A stretch of DNA of 54,522 nt, counting the filler, from Dirinaria sp. TL-2023a (taxonomy: Eukaryota): NCBI GenBank assembly GCA_051941275.1. It is 3 parts of 3 records of this genome, joined end to end, with 100 filler letters (N's around TTAATTAATTAA, not from the genome) between each part and the next. Parts side by side here need not be neighbours in the genome. Positions count along the whole stretch, not along the records: positions 1 to 18,152 come from JAVEBF010000398.1; positions 18,253 to 36,387 come from JAVEBF010000399.1; 1 more part is not named here. The stretch is one strand, 5' to 3'. How positions within the stretch are numbered: the first letter of the stretch is position 1; every line of letters starts with the position of its first letter. Shown in pieces: positions 11,809-20,126 of this stretch. Below the pieces are notes generated by a model that was given only the letters and a program-made list of their open reading frames with translations, made no database searches and had not been told where the DNA came from. The position numbers and the translations under genes are program-made.

Positions 11809-12915
11809 ATGCAGAGGGAAACAGATGAAGAAATGTCCAAAGTGAGTTCACTTCGAAAGCAGCTGAATGATTTGACAGTGGAGAACTTCAAGAAAGCGGC
11901 CGCTATCGCGCAGCTGCAGCGAGAGCTGAACAGCGAAAGGACTAAGACTAGCGCGCTTCAGTCGCAAGTCAACCATTTGACAGCCAAGGTCGCTCAAGGT
12001 CAACAGGAATTGGATAATGAGAAGTGGACAGCCTCGAACCAGGCGAACCAGATCCAAAACCTGGCTAGTACAGTACACTTCCAGCTCAAAAATGACCTGC
12101 TCTCCAGCGATGTGGGGCCAGAGATGGTCGACGAAGCAGTCAGCTTGGTCATCAAGTCGCAAAGTTCGATACCCACTGCGATAACCAATGCCAACGTACC
12201 AGAATTCACGTTCACCCGAGAACGTACCGGCCTTGATTGGACCGCGTACACTTTCTGGCTTGCGTCGCACAACAGCGATGCAGCCGAAATCCTGGAGGAG
12301 GCCCATAACATTTTCAACAGCCAGACGACTCCTCTCGAGCGGGCCACTCAATCGCCGTGGGTTGACAATGCGCTGCTTCGGCTCTCGAACCGATTCCTTG
12401 ACGCAGTGACGACCGACAACACGAAGTTGGCGGTGCTGATGGTGCAGGCAATAGCGTACCTTGGCGGTTTGATATCCCCCCCTTCACTGCAAACGCTAAC
12501 ACAGGCGATAAACCAGTACAATGAGCGAATGGAGGATGGTTTCATTCTCAGGTCAATACAATCTTTGATTGTATCAGTCGACTCATGGTTATCGACCCTG
12601 GATGCTGGACGGGGGACACACGTGCTCGATCACACTAACAGCGCTCTAGCAGAAAATATGCGTCTCGTTGCGGAAAAAGCGGGGCTTATGATGTTAATTC
12701 AGACTACAGAAGCTGGCGTGGTCGTGCACGTCTTCGACAAGGAGGATATCGAGGCCATCTATGCGACCAGACGAGCCGTGGCAACATTTAAAATGAAGCC
12801 TTCCACCTTCATACCCGAGCAGTTCATGTCTTTTCTGTTGTCGGCAAGCGTGGCGATGGAAGAAGGTGGCGTGTGGGATTTGCTTTGGCCTTTGGTGCGT
12901 GCGATAAGTTCTTGA
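11809..12915 (+). CDS. Intronless orphan protein with N-terminal coiled coil (~368 aa from ATG 11809)
   Basis: Long open frame (11764-12915) with heptad-like stretch LRKQLNDL..LQRELNSE..LQSQVNHL. TATATA at 11546. No family recognised. Confidence 0.65.
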   Translation: MQRETDEEMSKVSSLRKQLNDLTVENFKKAAAIAQLQRELNSERTKTSALQSQVNHLTAKVAQGQQELDNEKWTASNQANQIQNLASTVHFQLKNDLLSSDVGPEMVDEAVSLVIKSQSSIPTAITNANVPEFTFTRERTGLDWTAYTFWLASHNSDAAEILEEAHNIFNSQTTPLERATQSPWVDNALLRLSNRFLDAVTTDNTKLAVLMVQAIAYLGGLISPPSLQTLTQAINQYNERMEDGFILRSIQSLIVSVDSWLSTLDAGRGTHVLDHTNSALAENMRLVAEKAGLMMLIQTTEAGVVVHVFDKEDIEAIYATRRAVATFKMKPSTFIPEQFMSFLLSASVAMEEGGVWDLLWPLVRAISS

Positions 12916-13022
12916 GACGCCTATTGTCTTGCTATGCTACTGCACCTGGCAAGCGTGTTTTTTATGGTTTCGAGACAAGCTCGTCCTTGGGATATCCTCA
13001 TTGACGGTATATGAAGTTTTTG

Positions 13023-13135
13023 CTCGCCCGGATGTTACTTTCCCAGGCTACACATGTTGTATTTCCTCGCCAGGATGCTACTTTCCCAGGCTACACATAT
13101 TGTATTTCCTCGCCCGGATGTTACTTTCCCAGGCT
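13023..13135 (+). repeat. 43-bp tandem repeat, 2.6 copies
   Basis: Unit CTCGCCCGGATGTTACTTTCCCAGGCTACACATGTTGTATTTC starts at 13023, 13066 and 13109. Confidence 0.95.
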
Positions 13136-13578
13136 GTAGATAGATCCATTTGTCTGTAAGGTAGCATGTTGGAATCTCCCATGTGTAGAATAGCTCACAA
13201 CGAGACGGCAATACAAAATCTATTCTCGTCTATTCAGCTGCTAATACATAGTGGAATTTGTAGCTTGACGTATAGAAGAAGTTATCGTAGTGATGCCCCC
13301 AAGTCTTCTCTTGGAATAGCGACAGGGAAGTGGAGTTCATGCTCTTTCACTTGGGCTTTCTATCACAACTCTGGCTTCCCATTGGAGTAAGCACCCCTAA
13401 GTGCTGATATATTTGATACATATCTTACGCAGTAGACCATCAGTAGATGGGTTTGTATAGTAGAGGATAATCGAGGACACCCGCCCAAATTTGAATCCAA
13501 GATCGATAAATCAGTTAAGTACACATCTGCTCATTGCTGCTGTTCGCCCCTGTTTGCTCCAGATCTTGCTTCGGGTGG

Positions 13579-13631
13579 TTTTGCTTCAAAAACCGACAAG
13601 AAGCGGTAGAAAACCTCGATTGGGTTAGCGC
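13579..13631 (+). repeat. Bipartite dispersed motif, copy 3
   Basis: TTTTGCTTCAAA-N17-AGAAAACCTCGATTGGGTTAGCGC. Confidence 0.75.
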
Positions 13632-15456
13632 TGTTAGGCAATGCAATAATTCCGATACAAACCCGATCCGACCTACATCTTCTCAACGACGCAGGAAATA
13701 CGCATAGAGCACGCGCATAATAATTCATTTATTTTATAGGCACCTAGGAGCATTGGCCTCCCAAGTATCACGCGGAGAGCACTCAATTGAAGCTAATCGT
13801 CACAATTCCCATTCCCACGCATTGGAGCAAGATGGGAGCAGTATTGCGAACCGACTTGAATCCTTAGCAGAGAAACTTCTAATACCTTGGCCTGGCAAGA
13901 GAACTCTAGAAATGGGCCTCTTATCCTAATGCCCGGGCAATAGCTGTACAGTAAATGAATGACAGATAAAGCGGAGGTGTACACTTCTTCAGCGATCGTG
14001 TAAAGTCGAGGCACAAGCGGTTTGGCTTCTACATCATCTCAGTCCTATGCTCTCTTAAGATTCAGGCTTGCCAGGATCGGTACAGACCTCTCCCATTATG
14101 ACCTTCTCGTAGGTCCTCTCCAAGTCAAAGACTAAGATATTCTTCGATGGCTGAGCGGCGTCATGATTACGGACCCGAGCAATTCTAATGTACTAAGCTT
14201 TAGATTTTTCGTGATGACGTACATAAAAGCTCTTCGCCTGTAGCTGGTATTTCTCTTTATTCACTAAGACACAGTTCAGGTTGACGGAGCGAAAGATCTA
14301 TGGCCACCCACAATATGTTCGGGCTGTTCATGGCCCCAAGCTCCTGGATCCACAAGTCATTTGTAACATAAGCCTGGTGGTGTCCAGCCATTAATAGTGT
14401 GTCTTAGGTCGATGCGGCAAATGTAGCAGTTGACAGCCTGGATTGAAGTCCCTTGTCAAATACCCTCATTTCTTCTAGGTGGCTATAACTAGGAGTATCA
14501 ACGGGATGTTATCGGTCCAGTGCACAAGAAAACCAAAACAGGGATGGTTGACAAGGACAATGAACGAGTCCATGCTCTAATAGTCTGGCCGAGCAAGAGT
14601 TCCCATGCTTCTTGTGTTTGGGGCAAATGCAGCACAGTGTGCCTCAAGTCTGCACTGTGGGCTTACTAGAGACAAATAAGTAAGATGTCTTGTCTGACTC
14701 CGCATTTTACTCATCGTGTGGTATCACATAGCCGATTGAGCGCCAGATATCAGCCTTGCCCCCCTCCACGTATATCCTCAGCCGACAATAATGGGTGACT
14801 TAGGCTCAGAATAGGCTAAGAACCTTCGAATACTTCACGCTACGGCTGGATGGGGTAGACCGTATAGCGTTGATAATGCCACCCTGGCATGATCAGAAGC
14901 ACGAACAGTGGCGTAGGAAAACCCTCCATAAGCTCAGGTAGTGATCCATTCCGTCTCGGAACCGGGTACCCAAGGTGATGTTCATTCGAGAGGCGACAGA
15001 TGCTGATTGAATTAGTCCGACGACAGTGACCAGCTCGTTAATATTCAAGAGAGCCAGGGCAAGCATTGCAAAGCTGACTGGGGAAGCACGTGACTGCTCG
15101 CTTCAGTTTTGGCATCTGCTTTGGCCGTAAAATACCTCTAGTGCAGGAAATGACTCGTTCTTCAGGAGCACGAAGTCCTGTGAATCTATCTCTCCTGTTT
15201 GAAATAATCATACTAGCGCGTTGCTAAGCGATGTACAAGTGAGGGCGCGTCCTCAAGTGAGGTATATCAACCCTCTCTAAGATCACCTTCTTCTCTTCCA
15301 CCTGCACCCTCCTGTCATCGAAGCATCGAGCAAATTACACTGCACTGACTCATTACACTGCACTGCGTACTACGCCAAAAGCAATCGACTTTGATAACAT
15401 CATTACCACCACCTCTTTAACCACCACCACCCTAGACCCAAAGCACGGATTATACA

Positions 15457-16470
15457 ATGTCATACAACGGTGAGAACGACGCGGCCCAACAGCCTCAACC
15501 CCAGCCCTCCAACGATCATCAGCAGCCGCCGTCCTCTGAGGCTCAACCACGCGCCCAATCCTCGGCCTCCGAATCTGTGCCCACGCCCTCCACCTTTCAA
15601 ACAGCAGAGGCACAGATGGCCACCGGTGTGCAGCCGGCGCACTCGACTGCTTCGATTGCCTCTGCCGTGGCAGCAAACCCCCTTTCCCCACCTCCCACGG
15701 GTGCTGCGCCTTGGCCACAATATCATGTCGATCCGCCGGGCACTTTCAGTGGCTTTCGTGCCCGTGCCCCAAGGAATCGCGGTCGCGGTCGCGGTCGCGG
15801 TTCGCATAATTGGGGTGCCAATGACCGTCATGGTCAGGATTGGCGTGGTACTCCCTCTGTCCAGTCTCCACCATCCACGCCGGCACCATTCCTTCACCAA
15901 TATGGCCAACAGCCATACAGTTCTTTCCTCCCGGCGCTTCAATATGCGCAGTACGGCCAGCCATCGCCGTACGCTGCTGCACCTCCTCCCCCACCAGCTT
16001 CAATCGCCCCTCAAGCGCAGCCGACTCCTGCCCAAGGTCAGCTGCCACGTACTTCTGAGCACCATCGCCAGTTTCAAGGGTCTCAGCGTCGCGACAAGTC
16101 AAAGGGGGTCGAGAAGAAGACTAAGGGGTTTGCAGGAAATCCTGCAGGCACGAAAAAGCTCAAGCGAAACCTCAGAGCAGGCGCGCATAACGCAAAGAAG
16201 GAAGCTGAGCTCAAGCGACTGAAGGAGGGTGAAGAAACCAAGAAGCAGCAAGAGGAAGCTGCAGCAGCCAAGAAGGTGAAGGAAGAAAATATCACCCCAC
16301 CTAGACAACCATATGCGGCACCAACAGACGATCTTCAGAAAAGACTGGATGCCGTGGAGAAAGAGTCGAATGCGCCGAAGAAACAGTGGCAAGAGTCAGC
16401 GGCCAATAAGGAGAGAGATGAGCATGAGGGAGAAAGCAAAGAGGAGGAAAAGGAAGGCAGGGCGGAATGA
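15457..16470 (+). CDS. Intronless orphan low-complexity protein (P/Q-rich, RGRGRGRG motif, Y/Q-rich segment, K/E-rich C-terminus), 337 aa
   Basis: Long ATG-initiated ORF (ACAATG context) with a pyrimidine-rich leader and TATAT at ~15263. No family recognised. Confidence 0.65.
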   Translation: MSYNGENDAAQQPQPQPSNDHQQPPSSEAQPRAQSSASESVPTPSTFQTAEAQMATGVQPAHSTASIASAVAANPLSPPPTGAAPWPQYHVDPPGTFSGFRARAPRNRGRGRGRGSHNWGANDRHGQDWRGTPSVQSPPSTPAPFLHQYGQQPYSSFLPALQYAQYGQPSPYAAAPPPPPASIAPQAQPTPAQGQLPRTSEHHRQFQGSQRRDKSKGVEKKTKGFAGNPAGTKKLKRNLRAGAHNAKKEAELKRLKEGEETKKQQEEAAAAKKVKEENITPPRQPYAAPTDDLQKRLDAVEKESNAPKKQWQESAANKERDEHEGESKEEEKEGRAE

Positions 16471-16504
16471 AGAGGAAGCAGTCGCTAATGCTACGAGGGT
16501 CGTA

Positions 16505-16728
16505 CAGGATGAAGGTGACATCCTTAAAGAAAACACCAGGATGAGGTAGCGTCCTCAAGAGACTAACCAGGAAGAAGGTGGCGATATTAAAAAACCACGA
16601 GCACAAGCTAACTTTCTCAAGGAACTAATCAGGATGATGGTGACATCCTTAAGAAAACACCAGCATAACTCAACCTCTCCCCAAACTAATCAGGATGATG
16701 GTGACATCCTTAAGAAAACATCAGCATA
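16505..16728 (+). repeat. ~62-bp degenerate tandem repeat, 4 copies
   Basis: Core CAGGATGA(A/T)GGTGACATCCTTAAGAAAACA at 16505, 16568 (diverged), 16630 and 16691. Periods are 63, 62 and 61. Confidence 0.9.
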
Positions 16729-16784
16729 AAGTGGCAACACTGTTAGTCGTTGCGTTTCATAGAGGCTGTCACGAATCCATGGAT

Positions 16785-16961
16785 TGAGCGGGCAGTTGCT
16801 GCCTTGTTCATTATCCACTGAGCAGGTTGTTGCAACCATTGTTCATTACTTGATCTTCTGAGCGGGCAGTTTCTGCCTTGTTCATTGCTTGATCTCTGAG
16901 CGGGCAGTTTCTGCTTTGTTCATTACTTTATCCTCTGAGCACGTTGTTGCAATGCTGTTCA
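16785..16961 (+). repeat. Array of five ~34-40-nt hairpin units (TGAGC..GTTCA)
   Basis: Units start at 16785, 16819, 16859, 16897 and 16936. Each has an outer TGAGC/GTTCA stem and an inner 5-bp stem around a TTG/TTT loop. Confidence 0.9.
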
Positions 16962-17237
16962 GTGGTAGAATGTCTGGAAAAGGAAAAGCTACGGTAGATT
17001 CTGGACAAAGTCAAGACTTCGGTCTTTGACTACCAAATTTTAGAAAAAAAAAAATTCAAGAACTCTCAAAGTTCGACCGTGTGTGTCTTCGGCCTTACAC
17101 TGCCGCTGGAGATGCACCCCCTTTTTTTTTCATCTACGGTCCAGCTTGACTGGGTCTTGGAAGAAGAAAGCTCGGGATCTAATCGTATTCTGATTCTTGG
17201 TAAGTGTGCTAGAGTCGGCAGATACTTAAGATGTGCT

Positions 17238-17636
17238 TCTCAGAGTTCGAGCTAACCGAATCGAGGTTTCCTCGTATCTCCATCGTCTAACCTTGAAGAC
17301 TCGTTCGATCACCACAGAGAGGATTGATTAGAGATTTGAAGTATGTGCTCTGTTAGGGATAAGAAATGGATCCCATCAACATCCACAATGATCCACTTCA
17401 TCATAGAGGCTGAGGGTCGATCGATACGTGTTTGGCCGCAATGTCTGTCTCTCAGAGTTCGCGCTAACCGAATCGAGGTTTTCTCACATCCCCGTCGTCT
17501 AACTTTGAAGACTCGTTCGATCACCACAAAGAGGATCGATTGGATATTTGAATTATGTGATCTGTCAGGGATAAGAAATGGATCCCATCAACATCCACAT
17601 AAATCCACTTTAACATAGGGGCTGGGGTCTATCGAA
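17238..17636. repeat. 212-bp-period tandem duplication; each copy holds the bipartite motif in reverse orientation (copies 4 and 5)
   Basis: TCTCAGAGTTCG..GCTAACCGAATCGAGGTTT..TTGAAGACTCGTTCGATCACCACA..GGGATAAGAAATGGATCCCATCAACATCCACA at 17238 and 17450. Confidence 0.92.
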
Positions 17637-17834
17637 GAGATATGAGTACGGTGTTTGTACTTCATCTCGGATTAACTAGGGCCCGTAGACCGGATGTTGT
17701 GACGCTAAGGAAAATGTCACACAGCACGGGAGACAACAAGAGATACAGAATTTCTTTTCCTCAATATCGTTATCTTTGTTGCCTGCACAGGTACTTTTAT
17801 CACAAATGCTGTTTTATGCATGTAACAACGATCT

Positions 17835-17980
17835 GCGCGATTGTTCTAGAGACACTGGGTGGGGCTGTGCTTTGTCGACCGTATGTGTGGGTCGTGCTTC
17901 GATTTCTGCTTTAGATTTTGCTTCCAGTTTTGCTTCAAATTCGAACACGCAAGGCTTAGAAACCCCGATCTGGTTAGCGC
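17835..17980 (+). repeat. Bipartite dispersed motif, copy 6, with upstream extension
   Basis: TTTTGCTTCAAA-N18-AGAAACCCCGATCTGGTTAGCGC. Upstream blocks match 11165-11245. Confidence 0.75.
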
Positions 17981-18152
17981 AATATGTCCAAGTCTCGTCC
18001 GGTCTATGGGAAATGGTAAACCTCTCAAAATTCGCGAAGTAGGGACTGAATTTATATATTTCGTTGTATATTCTCCCTCAAAATTTGTGGGAGCTCCAAG
18101 GTGTAGCAATAAGTAACCATCTACTACTAGGAAGTCCAAAATCGTCCGCTTC

Positions 18153-18252
18153 NNNNNNNNNNNNNNNNNNNNNNNNNNNNNNNNNNNNNNNNNNNNTTAA
18201 TTAATTAANNNNNNNNNNNNNNNNNNNNNNNNNNNNNNNNNNNNNNNNNNNN
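18153..18252. other. Artificial contig-joining gap (44 N + TTAATTAATTAA + 44 N)
   Basis: Exactly 100 nt with a central six-frame-stop linker. Identical to the gap at 36388. Confidence 0.98.
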
Positions 18253-18973
18253 TTATATACGTCTCGATACTGTCTGTGTCTTGACGTCAGGTCTCCATTA
18301 ACAAGATGTAGACCTACCTCGACAAGAATGATATAAAATTAAAAATCGTTACTTAGAGTATCAACGTCTAGAGTTTTTTATTAAAATTTTACTGTTACTT
18401 TTTGCGTATTATTAATCATTAAATCGTTTATTTCTTGAACAGTTGCATATCATTACACGGTTTTTACCTAGTGCAGATTTCTTTCACGGTACGGAGGTAG
18501 TTTCTTCGCTATATATTCTATCATTTCTATGGTAAAGGTAGCTCTAACCTCTCGGACCGACTCTAATTTTCGGACAAGGGTTTTCGACAGCCAAGACCAC
18601 CGTAGCACGTGATCTTAATCTTCCCCCCTCATTCTTGGCCTGCGTCCAATAATCTTCAGGAAAGTGAATAGGTACCTAGTTCACGAGAAAGATGATGAGA
18701 TCCACAATACAATTCATGAGCAAATTCGGGACCACTGAGCTCGAGACGGAAATCCACGTAAAACGGTACCTTACATGTAGTTATCGTACCTACCTTAGGC
18801 GGGCTAAGCTGTCAGGAAAGCAATATGTGTAAATTTCGGCGTAGACCTGTAATGTTTCCTCAATCTGATCCTTACCTACCTGAATTACCAACCCATAAGA
18901 CATTTGCATTGCTGCTATCCGTGGGTTGCGCCTTTCCTCCGTCTCCCGATCGCGACAGCAATATACTTGTGGG

Positions 18974-20126
18974 ATGTCTAAGACGGTCTTGATAGGCTCT
19001 ACAGGCCAATTTGACGAGCTGCTTAGCAAATCTAAGGTTGTTGTCACAGACTGTACGTTTCCTTCGCCTTTGGAGACGGTGTCGCTTTCCGTCGCACTCA
19101 AGCAAGATTGGCTAATCTAAAGCTATTACGCAGTCTACGCCGACTGGTGTGCACCATGCAAGGCCATCGGCCCACACTACGAGCAATTATCCGCTCAGTT
19201 GTCCCGCTCCCAGAAGGTCACATTTGCTAAGGTCAATACCGATCACCAGCAAGAAATTGCTCAAAGATATGGCGTCACAGCGTAAGTCACGGATGCAAGT
19301 TATAGACCAGGCCAGCAACTTTTATAGCTAATCTGCGTGTGGCAGTCTCCCTACATTCATGATCTTTAAAAACAACCAGACAGTCTCCACTATCCGAGGA
19401 CCAGATGCAACGCAGCTGTCGGACGCTATCAAAAAGATTGCCGCAGAGGCAGACTCCGACGGAGCAGGAGGTTTCGGCGAGGCAAGCGGCAACGGGTCGA
19501 GGTGGTTAGGGGCGGATCTGCCGCGAGGCTACACTGATGTCACCGAGGAAGTGGACGTCCAGGGCTTGGACCTGCTGAACGCAAACAGTGAACTTGGTGG
19601 GGCCAGAACGTTCTTCCAAGAAAGTAGACCTTCGGTATTGAACGGGAAGAGCAAGGCAAGTACGAAAGAGGGCGTCAAAGACTGGGTCGAGAGTGATACG
19701 GATGAACAACTTATGCTTTTCATCCCATTCCGTGCAACTTTGAAAATACACAGCCTTCAAATCACTTCTAAGCCCCAAATCCCAAGCGAAGTGGACACGG
19801 AGGCAGCAGATATTCCTATGCGGCCACGAACGATCCAGGTCTACACAAATCGGGCGCATGTACTAGGCTTCGAAGAGGCTGAGGACGTTCCAGCTACACA
19901 GTCGATTACTTTACGCCCATCAGATTGGAGCGCGGAAACGGCGACTAGTAGGATTGATTTGCGATTTGTTAAATTTCAAAACGTCACCTCGCTGGTGCTT
20001 TTTGTTGTTGACGGGGATGGGCAGAGCGATAAGGTTCGGATTGATCGCATCAGAATAATTGGTGAGATAGGAGAGAAGCGAGAGCTCGGGAAGCTTGAAA
20101 AGATCGGAGATCAAGCTGGCGAGTGA
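18974..20126 (+). CDS. Thioredoxin + PITH domain protein (TXNL1/Txl1-like), ~335 aa; exons 18974-19052, 19134-19281, 19346-20126
   Basis: Spliced sequence reads VVTDFYADWCAPCK..ALPTFMIFK. PITH motifs VESDTDEQLMLFIPF and LRFVKFQNVTSLVLFV. Confidence 0.93.

Noticed and set aside
13579..13640. Bipartite motif as a WD40 coding relic (..NLDWVSAV) or a tRNA/SINE
   Set aside because: Spacing differs by non-triplet amounts among copies and there is no GH dipeptide or flanking WD40 sequence. The B-box-like part comes before the A-box-like part and no cloverleaf forms.
13700..15200. Transposase or other coding remnant between the two orphans
   Set aside because: No long ORF or recognisable DDE, RT or recombinase motif by eye. 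A frameshift-aware search would be needed to exclude it.
16505..16961. CRISPR array (palindromic repeats with variable linkers)
   Set aside because: The context is eukaryotic with no cas genes. The repeats are degenerate and the linkers are short and resemble each other.
18197..18208. TTAATTAATTAA palindrome as a biological site (also at 36432-36443)
   Set aside because: It is centred in identical 100-nt N blocks, so it is an artificial six-frame-stop linker.
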